A stretch of DNA of 64,000 nucleotides from an uncultured Acidobacteriota bacterium (GTDB taxonomy: Bacteria > Acidobacteriota > Terriglobia > Terriglobales > Acidobacteriaceae). The notes beneath the pieces are model-generated. The model did no database searches. It saw nothing but the letters and a program-made list of their open reading frames with translations, and was not told where the DNA came from. The DNA lies in NCBI GenBank assembly GCA_963718885.1, contig CAVRAK010000033.1:54759-118758 (forward strand), read 5' to 3'. Of this stretch, positions 22,418 through 31,642 are shown piece by piece (positions within the stretch are counted from its first letter, which is position 1; the number at the start of each line of letters is the position of its first letter). The translations under genes were made by a program, and so were the position numbers.

Positions 22418-22447
22418 ACAAAGGGCACCCCGCGGGGTGCCCTTTGT
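22418..22447. terminator. Bidirectional terminator between TBDR3 and rsfS
   Basis: Perfect palindrome ACAAAGGGCACCCC-GC-GGGGTGCCCTTTGT. Confidence 0.8.
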
Positions 22448-22517
22448 GCTGCCATGAGGAATTGCGATGACCGGATGCAGGGAATGGGCCGCTGCCCGCT
22501 CTCTTTGCCAAGCCTCT

Positions 22518-23081
22518 TCAGGCCTTCTTGCGGGGCGAAGGCTTTTTGGCTGCGGCCTTCTTTACGGCGGTCTTTTTCGCGGCCGGCTTTGACTTAACCG
22601 GAGCAGACTTTGAAGCGGTTTTCTTTGCAGCAGATTTAGCGGTCGCCTTTGCGGGCTTGCTGCGCGCGGCGCGGGTTTTGGCGGCGAGCGCGGTTTTGAG
22701 CTCGGCGTCGAATTCGGCGGGGGTGAGAGGGCGGGCCGACTTGCGGAGGCGCTCGATGTCGTAGAAGGCGCGCCGTTCCGAGAGGAAGACGTGCACGACG
22801 AAGTCGACGTAATCGAGAAGAATCCAGGTGCCCTCGCGTCGGCCTTCGACGGAGGCGGGCAGCGCGTTGAATTCGCGCTTGAGCTTGTGCTCGATGTCGT
22901 CGGCGATGGTTTGCGCCTGGCGCCCGTTGAGAGCGGATGTGATGAGGAAGAAGTCGGCGAGACCGGAGTCGACGGGGTCGAGCTCGAGGATGCGGGTGTC
23001 TTCGCCCTTTTTGTCTTCACAGACCTGCGCGGCGGCCTGGACGAGGATGCGAGTTTGTTTGTGCGCCTGGGAGGTACTCAT
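22518..23081 (-). CDS. rsfS: Ribosome silencing factor with Lys/Ala-rich C-terminal tail
   Basis: EDKKGED..ADFFLITSA..QAQTIADDI..EG....WILLDYVDFVVHVF..ERRAFYDIERL; directly downstream of nadD. Confidence 0.93.
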   Translation of the reverse strand: MSTSQAHKQTRILVQAAAQVCEDKKGEDTRILELDPVDSGLADFFLITSALNGRQAQTIADDIEHKLKREFNALPASVEGRREGTWILLDYVDFVVHVFLSERRAFYDIERLRKSARPLTPAEFDAELKTALAAKTRAARSKPAKATAKSAAKKTASKSAPVKSKPAAKKTAVKKAAAKKPSPRKKA

Positions 23082-23129
23082 GCGGGGATCAAGGTCTCCA
23101 AGGAGCATGGTAGCAGGCAGGAATGGGAG

Positions 23130-23876
23130 TCAGCGGTAGAGACCACGGGCGGCAATGTAAGAGGCGACTGCATCGGGGAGAAGGCGCTCAATTCCGCCGG
23201 AGAGGGGCTGGCTCTGGCCCGACTGCCTGGCGGAGGCGCCGGAGCGGATTTGCGTGCGAATGGCAGAGGCGGTGATCTCGATGTGGAGCTCCGGGAGCAG
23301 GTAGAAGGGCGTGGTGACGCCGGTGGTGTTGCGGAGCGTGTAGATGCGCAGTTGATCGTGGGCCGCGTCGCCGGCGGACTCCACATTGGCGCTGATGGTG
23401 AGGCCGGCGGGGAGGATGGCGGCGAGGTCATCGAGCGATTGGCCGGGACGCGAGGCGACGATGAGAGGGGCGACGAAAGGGATTTCAGCTCCGCGATGCC
23501 AGCGCCGGAGACCAAGGAAGGAGTCGGCGCCCATGAGACAGTAGAGTTCGGCGTCGAAGGGAAGATCGGCGCGAATCGCGGAGAGAGTGTCGATGGTGTA
23601 GTTTGGGGCGCCGGTGGGCGATGGCGCGTCGGCAAGCGAAACCAGAAAAGTGGGATCGCCCGCAAGAGCGAGGCGCGTCATGGCGACGCGATCGTCAAAA
23701 CTGGCGGTTGAGCCGTGCGGCTTGAGCGGCTGCGCGCCAACGGGCGCGAAGAGGACGGCATCGAGCTCAAGGGCACGCTGCGCGGCGCGCGCGATGGCGA
23801 GGTGGCCGCGATGCGGCGGATCGAAGGTTCCGCCGAAGAAGGCGAGGCGGCGGAGATCGAGGCCGGGCATGTCCAT
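23130..23876 (-). CDS. nadD: Nicotinate-nucleotide adenylyltransferase
   Basis: FFGGTFDPPHRGH, YTIDTL, LMGADSF, ITASAIR, VASYIAARGLY. Confidence 0.95.
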   Translation of the reverse strand: MDMPGLDLRRLAFFGGTFDPPHRGHLAIARAAQRALELDAVLFAPVGAQPLKPHGSTASFDDRVAMTRLALAGDPTFLVSLADAPSPTGAPNYTIDTLSAIRADLPFDAELYCLMGADSFLGLRRWHRGAEIPFVAPLIVASRPGQSLDDLAAILPAGLTISANVESAGDAAHDQLRIYTLRNTTGVTTPFYLLPELHIEITASAIRTQIRSGASARQSGQSQPLSGGIERLLPDAVASYIAARGLYR

Positions 23877-23913
23877 TGCCCCATGGTAAGGCAGGAGGTA
23901 GAAATATGCGCGC

Positions 23914-25480
23914 TTACGAGGGGCCGATGAGTGGTTGCAGATATTCCTCGATGAACTCTGTTGAGGTGGGGTCAGCGATGCAGGCGATGTAGCCGTCGGG
24001 GCGAACAAGGACGAGGGCGTCTGCCGATCCGTAGAACTGTGCGACGTGCCCCTGGTTGTCGATCAGATTAGTGGGGAGAGACGCCTCGCTGCCGGGCGAG
24101 AGGTCTGCGCGCTGATGCAGACGACTCTGAGATCTGCCGGCGAAATGACGGGCTGTGCGATCGAATGCGTCGCGATTGCATGCGCCGAGGCCCAGAAGGG
24201 TCCAGTGAGGGCCGCGGAAGAGATCGAAGAGGCGGTGGGTGCGGCCATCGTGATCGACGACGGGGGAGTCCGGCGCGCGATCGCCGGCCTGAAGATGCAG
24301 CTGAAACAGCGCTGTGATGACGGCTGAGCGAAGCGCCGCGATAGTTGATTCCAAGCTGCAATGTGCCGGCATCGCGACGGAGACTTTGCGCTTCGTGGGC
24401 GGACATGCCGCGATGGAGGCGGGAACTGATGCCGAGCACCGAAGCGGCGACGGGCAATCGCTCTTCTTCGTAGGTGGCAAGCAACGAATCGGCGCCGTGT
24501 TGCAGAGCGGCGGCGAGTTTCCAGCCGAGGTTATAGGCGTCTTGTATGCCGGTGTTCATTCCCTGGCCACCGGCGGGCGAATGCACATGGGCGGCGTCGC
24601 CGGCGAGGAAGACGCGGCGCTGTCGATAGCGGTCAACCATGCGGACGTTTGCACGGTAGAGAGATAGCCAGGTTGCGCCGCGCAGTTTAAGGTCGGTGCG
24701 GCCGGTGCGTGTCGTCGAGGATGCGCTGGAAGGTTTGCAGGGATGGCTCAGCGTCGGCACCGGGCGGGATCTGCGCCTGAAATTGAAAGGCATCTGTGGA
24801 AGGAAGCGGGCAGAGCGCGACCCAGCCGTCGGGATGATTTGGCCAGGAGTGCCAGTGGTCCCGATCGAGATTGTCGAGCATCACGTCGCCGACGTACATG
24901 CGCTCGTCGGTCCATGTTTCGCCTTCAAAGGAGAAATCGAGTGATTTGCGGACGAAGCTGTGACCGCCATCGGCGCCGACGAGGTATCGGCAGTGAACCC
25001 GCTCGGATGCGCCGCCATGCTGAAGGGTGGCAATGACGCAATCGTCATTCTGCTCGATCGCGGTGATCTCGGTGGAGAGCTCGACGTGCACCCCATGGGC
25101 CCCGAGGCAGTCGCGCAGGATCTCTTCGACGCGGAACTGAGGAATGATGAGCGGAGAGGCGTAGGGAATGCCGGGTGTGGGATTGAGGCCCTCGTGCATG
25201 TCCTCGCTCGCCGAGGATTGTGGCGCCGTCGTAGGCACGAAAAGGCAGATGAAATCGACCGTTGGCCAGGATGCGATCGATGATGCCGAGGTCATCCAGC
25301 ACTTCGAGCGAGCGCGGCTGCAGACCTTTGCCGCGGGAGCCATTGAAGTACTCGGGCGCTTTATCGATGATGCGGACGCTGATGTTGCGGCGAGCGAGCT
25401 CACAGGCGAGCGTGAGACCGGTGGGGCCGCTTCCGACGATGAGAACGGGAAGTTCGGTGGGTGTCTGGGGGCATGGTCAT
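23914..25480 (-). CDS. FAD-dependent monooxygenase (PheA/TfdB/Rox-like aromatic hydroxylase); several frameshifts
   Basis: Stitched frames: VLIVGSGPTGLTLACELAR, YLVGADGGHSFVRK, RVFLAGDAAHVHSPAGGQGMNTGIQDAYNLGWKL, AGDRAPD..LVRPDGYIA. Confidence 0.88.
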
Positions 25481-25492
25481 GAGAGCAATCTC

Positions 25493-25544
25493 CTTAACGA
25501 CGTTAAGCGTCCTTAACAATGTTAAGTACCTTAACATGGTTAAA
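25493..25544. promoter_or_regulatory. Three tandem TetR-type operators CTTAAC-N3-GTTAA(G/A)
   Basis: cttaacgacgttaag (25493), cttaacaatgttaag (25512), cttaacatggttaaa (25530) in the 71-bp divergent gap. Confidence 0.85.
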
Positions 25545-25551
25545 GGAGACA

Positions 25552-26203
25552 GTGCAAGTGGCCCTGGACCGAAAGATCGTGATTGCAACCGCGCTGAAGC
25601 TGCTGGACGAAGTGGGCCTGGAGGCGCTGACGCTGCGGCGCCTGGCTGAGAGGCTGGGCGTGCAGGCGCCGGCAATCTACTGGCATTTCAAGAACAAGCA
25701 GGATTTGCTGGATGAGATGGCGACAACGGTGATGCGGGATGAATCAGTGCGTTTGAAGGCCAAGGCGCACCTCAAGGGGAAGGCTTGGCTGCGCTGGTAT
25801 GGGCGGTCGGTGCGGCGGATGCTGCTGGGGTATCGGGATGGTGCGCGGATGATCAGCGGCACGCGGCTTACCGATCCCACGCTGTATGAGTCGATGGAGG
25901 AGTCGCTAGGGAAGTTGCGGGATGCGGGCTTTTCGACGTTATGAGGCGACGGTGATTCTGTCGACGGTGTACAGCTACGCCGTGGGCTTCGTGATCGAGG
26001 AGCAAGCGGTGTTTCCGCAGGAGGGCAAGAAGGATGAAATGTATGAGGTCGAGAATCGCTCGCGAAGAATGAAGGCGGAAAAGACACCTTTGGCGATTGA
26101 AGCGGGAAATTATCTGTTCACAAAATTTGATCGGCGCTTTAATGCCGGGCTGGAGCTGATTATTGCGGGCATTGAAGCGCAAAGTGCGGCAAGGAGACGA
26201 TGA
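25552..26203 (+). CDS. TetR family regulator with TetR_C-like domain; frameshift near 25936
   Basis: ALKLLDEVGLEALTLRRLAERLGVQAPAIYWHFKNKQDLL; second frame YSYAVGFVIEEQA..FNAGLELIIAG; AAGGAG RBS. Confidence 0.9.
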
Positions 26204-26616
26204 TGCGGTATTTGATTGCGGTTCTGGCTTTAGCGGGCGCGGTGGTTTCAGGCCTGGCGCTCGAGGTGCATTATTCGACGGCGACTGAGCCGTGCTCGAT
26301 CAATCAGCATTGGGATTGCGGAGTTGTGAATCATAGTCCGTTTGCCGTGATTGGGCATGTGCCGGTGGCGGCGATCGGAATTGCGGGGTACCTGTTGATC
26401 GGCGTGCTGGCAATGATGCGGATGCGGTTCACGCTGCTTGTAGTGGCGATTTTTGCGCTGATCTTTGCGCTGCGGCTGACGTTTATCGAGGAGTTCGATC
26501 TGCTGGTGTGGTGCTTGTACTGCGTGATCTCGCAGGGGATTATTGCGCTGATTTTTCTCGCGAGCCTGGGGTGGTTTGGGGCGGAGTATGCAAGGTTGAG
26601 GAAACTGAGGGGCTAG
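26200..26616 (+). CDS. Vitamin K epoxide reductase (VKOR) family protein
   Basis: CSINQHWDC..V..S.FA, CLYC, four TM segments. Confidence 0.9.
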   Translation: MMRYLIAVLALAGAVVSGLALEVHYSTATEPCSINQHWDCGVVNHSPFAVIGHVPVAAIGIAGYLLIGVLAMMRMRFTLLVVAIFALIFALRLTFIEEFDLLVWCLYCVISQGIIALIFLASLGWFGAEYARLRKLRG

Positions 26617-26642
26617 GGACTAGGGACCAGGGACCAGGGACT
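26608..26642 (+). repeat. Heptamer tandem array (AGGGACY)x5
   Basis: aggggct agggact agggacc agggacc agggact; contains the VKOR stop codon. Confidence 0.85.
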
Positions 26643-26659
26643 AATGGACGAGAAATCCA

Positions 26660-26680
26660 ATATGGCAAAGTTTGCCATAT
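26660..26680. promoter_or_regulatory. Putative ParD operator (perfect 10-1-10 inverted repeat)
   Basis: ATATGGCAAA-G-TTTGCCATAT, 31 bp upstream of parD. Confidence 0.75.
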
Positions 26681-26711
26681 GGCGTATCATGGGATTCAGG
26701 AGTTGAGAGAG

Positions 26712-26993
26712 ATGCCCACCCGCAACGTGAGCCTGACTGAAGAGCTGGATTCGTTTGTTGAAGAGCGAGTGAAGAGCGGCGAGTACGACAACGCGAGTGA
26801 AGTGGTCCGCGCGGCGATCCGGCAGCTGAAGCAATCGGAAGAAGAGGATAAGGCCAGAGTTCAGGCGCTGCGGAGAGCAGTGGCAGAGGGTTTCCGAGGG
26901 CCGGTGCTGGATGGCGCGGCGGTGATGACTGAGCTCCGGAAGCGGATCGGAGCCAGCGGCGCGGCGACCAAGCGCAGGAAACGCACGGCTTGA
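26712..26993 (+). CDS. parD: Type II antitoxin, ParD family (ribbon-helix-helix)
   Basis: MPTRNVSLTEELDSFVEERVKSGEYDNASEVVRAAIRQL. Confidence 0.92.
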   Translation: MPTRNVSLTEELDSFVEERVKSGEYDNASEVVRAAIRQLKQSEEEDKARVQALRRAVAEGFRGPVLDGAAVMTELRKRIGASGAATKRRKRTA

Positions 26994-27292
26994 GCGCCTA
27001 CTTTCTGAGTGAGAACGCCCGGGCTGACCTTGAGGGCATTGTCGATTACACGATTGAGCGGTGGGGCGAGGCGCAGGCGGAAAAGTATCTCGACGAGATG
27101 ATCCGGTGCTTTGAGCGGCTCGCCGAGTCGCCGGGACTTGGACGACGCTGTGACAGGCTTATGCGGGGCTTGCAGCGGCTTGAGCATGGAAAGCACGTTG
27201 TCTTTTATCGGGTGACAAGCGACGGCATTCATATAGGCCGTGTTCTGCATCAGAGCAGCCTGCCTTCGCGGCTGCGGCTGATTGATATGTAA
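26990..27292 (+). CDS. parE: Type II toxin, RelE/ParE family
   Basis: LSENARADLEGIVDYTIERWGEAQAEKY..PGLGR..HVVFYR..IGRVLH; TTGA overlap with parD. Confidence 0.92.
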   Translation: MSAYFLSENARADLEGIVDYTIERWGEAQAEKYLDEMIRCFERLAESPGLGRRCDRLMRGLQRLEHGKHVVFYRVTSDGIHIGRVLHQSSLPSRLRLIDM

Positions 27293-27310
27293 TGGGTTCA
27301 CATGGTGCCA

Positions 27311-27637
27311 TCAGGCGTCGAACCACTGTCGGATCTGCTGCTGGCACGGGCACTGGGATAAAGTCTCCAGACACTCATTGACCAGGTCACGAACCGCGGA
27401 ATCGCCCTCTTGAAGAGCGCGTTTCAAAAACATCATGCAAGCTGGAACACTGCTTAAACGAAACGCCTCTTCTTCAGAGGTGATGTATTGCAGAACCTCC
27501 GCCTCGGAGCAGATGAAACGCGCGAAGTCATTGAAGATGAGATATACCAATCCTTCCGCTTTGTATTCAGGGTCAGGTTCGAACGCAGGAATCGCGCGGG
27601 TAAGTTCGACAATTGCGTTTTCGAGCGTGAAGGCCAT
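27311..27637 (-). CDS. Small acidic hypothetical protein
   Basis: 108-aa helical-looking ORF, lower GC, TACCAT -10-like box at 27652-27657. Confidence 0.65.
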   Translation of the reverse strand: MAFTLENAIVELTRAIPAFEPDPEYKAEGLVYLIFNDFARFICSEAEVLQYITSEEEAFRLSSVPACMMFLKRALQEGDSAVRDLVNECLETLSQCPCQQQIRQWFDA

Positions 27638-27709
27638 GAGCTTGAGTTCAGATGGTAGCTGACCGCGACGAGACGCGCGAATCGCGCTGATAAACTTGAA
27701 GCAAGATCA

Positions 27710-28999
27710 ATGTTGAAGAAGAGATACGCGCGCTGGATGTATGAGTGGGAGACGCGGCTGACGACGCGCGATGAGAATCGGGTGGTGCGGCCGCTGGAGT
27801 GGGGCTTTGACTGGATTGCTCCGTGGCTTGAGGCGCATGGGTTTGGCGATGCGGTGCCGGGGCCGGAGGTTGAGCGCGACGCGGCGGCTGCCGAAGCGGC
27901 GATGGTGCGCATCAATAAGCTGCTGATCCGGGAGAGCGACAAGTATTTCGGCTACGAGCGGCCGACGGATTTCAGGCTGGAAGAGCGGCATCCGATGCTG
28001 TTCCCGACGAATGTAAGGCCGGAGACGCTGGCGCAGGACGCTGAGATTCGGGAGATGGCCGAAGAGGGCCTGACGAAGAAGGCGCAGTTTCTGCGATTCA
28101 CGTCGCCGGAGCGGACGCGGTATCCGGAAAACGATCTGGTAAATGCGCGGTGGTATCCAGCCCCTGATCACAAAGACCCGAAGAGACCGAAGCAGGCGAT
28201 TGTGGTGCTGCCGCAGTGGAATGCGGATGCCTTCAGCCATAACGCGCTGTGCGCGATCTTCAACCGGTTTGGGGTTTCGGCGCTCAGGCTGTCGAAGCCG
28301 TATCACGATATTCGCAGGCCGAGCGAGCTGGAGCGATCTGACTACGCGGTGAGCGCGAATATCGGGCGGACGATGTCGGCGTGCCGGCAGGCAGTGGTGG
28401 ATATCCGCTGCTGCATTGACTGGCTGGAGGAGCAGGGGTACGAGCACTTCGGCGTGCTGGGGACGAGCCTGGGATCGTGCTATGCGTTCCTGGCGAGCGC
28501 GCATGACAAGCGCATCCGCGTGAATGTGTTCAACCATGCGTCGACGGCGTTTGGCGACGTGGTGTGGGCGGGGCAGAGCACGCGGCATATTCGCGCGGGC
28601 GTGGAAGAGGCCGGCCTGACGCAGGAAAGGCTGCGGACGCTGTGGGGTGCGATCAGTCCGGTGAACTACTACGAGCGATTTGCGAGCGCGGAAGCGGGCG
28701 GGCCGGAGAAGAAGATCCGGCTGATTTACGCGGACTATGACCTGACGTTTCCGAAGGAGTACTCGCTGCAGGTGGTGGAGGCGTTCAAGCGCGTGGGGCT
28801 GAACTTCGAGGCGAAGGTGCTGCCGTGCGGGCACTACACGACGGGCGAGACTCCGTATAAATATATCGACGGATGGTACCTGGGATCGTTTGTGCACCGG
28901 GCGTATAAGGAGCTGCGCGCGGAAGGCGCTGAGGGCCGGGCCCGGGAACGAGGGTGGTCTGTTGCGGAGGATCAGTCTTCGTGCGGCCGCGGGGACTGA
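27710..28999 (+). CDS. alpha/beta hydrolase family protein
   Basis: GTSLG nucleophile motif, RQAVVDIRCCIDWL, PCGHYT. Confidence 0.85.
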   Translation: MLKKRYARWMYEWETRLTTRDENRVVRPLEWGFDWIAPWLEAHGFGDAVPGPEVERDAAAAEAAMVRINKLLIRESDKYFGYERPTDFRLEERHPMLFPTNVRPETLAQDAEIREMAEEGLTKKAQFLRFTSPERTRYPENDLVNARWYPAPDHKDPKRPKQAIVVLPQWNADAFSHNALCAIFNRFGVSALRLSKPYHDIRRPSELERSDYAVSANIGRTMSACRQAVVDIRCCIDWLEEQGYEHFGVLGTSLGSCYAFLASAHDKRIRVNVFNHASTAFGDVVWAGQSTRHIRAGVEEAGLTQERLRTLWGAISPVNYYERFASAEAGGPEKKIRLIYADYDLTFPKEYSLQVVEAFKRVGLNFEAKVLPCGHYTTGETPYKYIDGWYLGSFVHRAYKELRAEGAEGRARERGWSVAEDQSSCGRGD

Positions 29000-29068
29000 G
29001 GCTGCGCGCGCCTCTTGGCATCGCAGTGATTGATGCGACGTTCCTTTTTGCGGGAATGTTTGAATTCA

Positions 29069-29097
29069 TGCTTTCCCAGGTCCGGAAATTCGAACCA
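29069..29097 (+). repeat. Truncated copy of REP-like family B
   Basis: TGCTTTCCCAGGTCCGGAAATTCGAACC shares the TGCTTTCCC left end with 29142 and 36796. Confidence 0.45.
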
Positions 29098-29141
29098 TTT
29101 TCTTGCTGATTGAAGTGTTGGGCAGCGGTCGGGTGGGATTC

Positions 29142-29220
29142 GTGCTTTCCCACCTGCGCTTCTCCACCCCAGCGAGCAAAGACCACTCGCTGGGGACCCC
29201 GTCGCGCAAATGGGGCACCC
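29142..29220 (+). repeat. Composite REP-like element: family A hairpin nested in the loop of a family B hairpin
   Basis: Outer arms GTGCTTTCCCACCTGCGC / GCGCAAATGGGGCACCC; inner CCCCAGCGAG-caaagacca-CTCGCTGGGG-ACCCC (29167-29200). Confidence 0.75.
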
Positions 29221-29281
29221 ATTTTCGCGGGGACCAATGCGTTGGGAAACCGGGTTTCACGAGCCTTGATGCACTGCGCGA

Positions 29282-30176
29282 TCAGGATTTACTGGGCAGG
29301 TTGAGGCGGAGGAGCCTGGCCGGGTCGAGGTAGGTATTTTGCCAGCGAACGGCCCAGTGAAGGTGGGGTCCGGTGACGCGGCCAGTGGCTCCGCTGAGGC
29401 CGAGGCGGTCGCCGGTGGAGACGTGCTCGCCTTCGCGGGCTTCAATGCGGCTGAAGTGCATGGAGATGGTGTAGAGGCCGAGGCCGTGATCGATGACGAC
29501 GCAGTTGCCTTCGTAGTAGAGCGGGCGCGCGAGGACGATGGTGCCGGAGTTGGAGGCGCGGACGGGTGTGCCGAGGGGCGGCGCGGAAGTCCATGCCCTT
29601 GTGGATGGAGGCGAGCTTGCCGTTGAAGGTGCGGCGGGTGCCGAAGCTGTCGGTCGCCTGGGCGCGAACGGGAGCGCGGAAGTCGCCGGACCAGAGGGGA
29701 AGGCCGGTGCTGGTGGAGAAGATTTTTTCCTTGAGCGCGCGGTCGGCTTCGATCTGCTTGAGCTCTTCGGGGCCGGGGCTGACGAATCTCGGCGGCACGG
29801 TGAGAACGCCGGTGCGGTAGTGCGCGGGCTCGATCGCGACGGGCTGGGCGAGGTCGCGGGATGCGCCGTTGGCGTTAATGTGGAGCTGGATTGTGGATGG
29901 ACCTGGCGCGGCTTCGACATCGACGCCGGCGAGAGCGAGCCACTCGTGACTGGATGCGTGTGCGGGGAAGAACTGGAGCTTGCGGTCGAGCCATTCACCG
30001 GTGATGGCGGTGGCGCCGGGCGCGATGAGACGGAGGAGTTCGGGGCTGCCTACGAGGACTGGGGATGGGGTGAGCTCAAGGTTCATAGTTCGTAGTTCGC
30101 AGAGCGGAGGTGAGCGATCAGGAACTGGCCAAGGGACAGTCCCTAGTTCCACCTTAACCGATGGGCGAGGAAGCAC
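29282..30176 (-). CDS. M23 family metallopeptidase; frameshift near 29575; start uncertain
   Basis: FGTRRTFNG..HKGMDFRA, GNCVVIDHGLG..MH, SGATGRVTGPHLHW. Confidence 0.88.
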
Positions 30177-30227
30177 ATCGGTTAAGGTGGCATCGCCAGA
30201 TGGGTCTGTGAATGAGAGCCGAGGCGA

Positions 30228-31577
30228 TTAAGGCTGCGGTTGAATGTTCTGGTTGCGGCGGAAGCGATTTCCGGGGTCGTAGGTTGCCTTGATTTTGGAG
30301 AGGCGGGCGTAGTTGTGCCCGTAGGCTTCAGGGATGCGGGCAGTATCGTCCTGATCTAGCGCGTTGACATAGACGGGGCCCGAAGACCAAGGCTGCATCG
30401 CAGTGTAGAAGCTACGAGTCCAGTCAACGTTGCGTGCGTCATCGGCCGGTTCGATCCACGAACTGATAAGCACGAGATCGAAAGAATCGCCGCGGTTGGG
30501 GAAGGCGGTGGCATCGGGAGCAACGCGGCTTACGGCGCCATGAGCGTGTTCCAGGATGGCAAAGGTGTATGGAGAAGGACGGGTTTCTGCAAAGCGCGCA
30601 AAGGTATCGATGGCGTCTCCGGGCAGGTCATCCCGCAGGAAGCGGCTCTTCCAATAGCTGCGGCGACCGAATGGAGTGGCGGCATCGATCATCTGCTGCA
30701 TCGCGGGATACGGCATTCGGGCGATCATGTCGGCGACTGGAGTGCCAAATGTGCGAAGAGGATCAAGGAGATGCTCGCCCTCGGAGAGATCGTTGCCGCA
30801 GTAACAGGGAATGAGCCCGATGACAGGAGACCCGTCGGGAACGGAGAAGACGGAGGCGTAGATGATGAGGTCGTCGGGCAGGCCCGCGCCCACGAAGTCG
30901 CAGTAGGCCCTGAGCACCTGGCGGGCTTGCGTGAGCGGATAAAGAAGCATGCCAGAGATGACGGTAGCGATGGGATGCAGGCGATAGCTGATGGACGTAA
31001 CGACCCCGAAATTACCGCCGCCGCCCTTGAGCGCCCAGAAGAGGTCAGGGTTTTCAGCGGTCGTCGCGCGAGCGAGTTCACCGTTGGCGAGGACGATGTC
31101 GTAGGAGAGTGTGTTGTCGCAGACGAGGCCACAGCGGCCCATGAGCCAGCCGACTCCGCCGCCGAGGGTGAGTCCGGCAATACCGGTGGCCGAGATGAGG
31201 CCGCCGGTAGTGGCGAGGGCATGTGCATGGGTTGCGCGATCGAAGTCAGCCCAGGTGAGGCCGGTTTGTGCAGCGGCCTGGCGGACAGAGGGGTCGACCT
31301 GGATGGCTTTCATGGGGCTGACATCGATGACGAGGCCGTCGTCGAGCATGGCGAGGCCCGCGACGTTGTGACCTCCAGCGCGGATGGCGGGGTAGATATC
31401 CTGATCGGCGGCGAAGCGGACGGCCGCCTGCACATCTTCCGGTCCGGAACAGCGGGCGATGGCTGCGGGCCTACGATCGATCATGCCGTTCCAGATTTTG
31501 CGGGATTCGTCATAGCCAGATGAGCCGGGCGTGAGGATTTCTCCGCGAAAGTGTGCACGAAGGGCCTGAACGTTCAT
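30228..31577 (-). CDS. FAD-binding oxidoreductase (VAO/berberine-bridge-enzyme-like)
   Basis: IDRRPAAIARC, IRAGGHNVAG, WALKGGGGNFGVVT, YVN..NYARLSKIKATYDPGNRF; GGAGGG RBS. Confidence 0.92.
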   Translation of the reverse strand: MNVQALRAHFRGEILTPGSSGYDESRKIWNGMIDRRPAAIARCSGPEDVQAAVRFAADQDIYPAIRAGGHNVAGLAMLDDGLVIDVSPMKAIQVDPSVRQAAAQTGLTWADFDRATHAHALATTGGLISATGIAGLTLGGGVGWLMGRCGLVCDNTLSYDIVLANGELARATTAENPDLFWALKGGGGNFGVVTSISYRLHPIATVISGMLLYPLTQARQVLRAYCDFVGAGLPDDLIIYASVFSVPDGSPVIGLIPCYCGNDLSEGEHLLDPLRTFGTPVADMIARMPYPAMQQMIDAATPFGRRSYWKSRFLRDDLPGDAIDTFARFAETRPSPYTFAILEHAHGAVSRVAPDATAFPNRGDSFDLVLISSWIEPADDARNVDWTRSFYTAMQPWSSGPVYVNALDQDDTARIPEAYGHNYARLSKIKATYDPGNRFRRNQNIQPQP

Positions 31578-31642
31578 GTCCCCTCCAGAGCCTGCGATTG
31601 TAGCAAGGGGCAGGATGGTGGGCCAGAGAAATCGAAGTTCAA

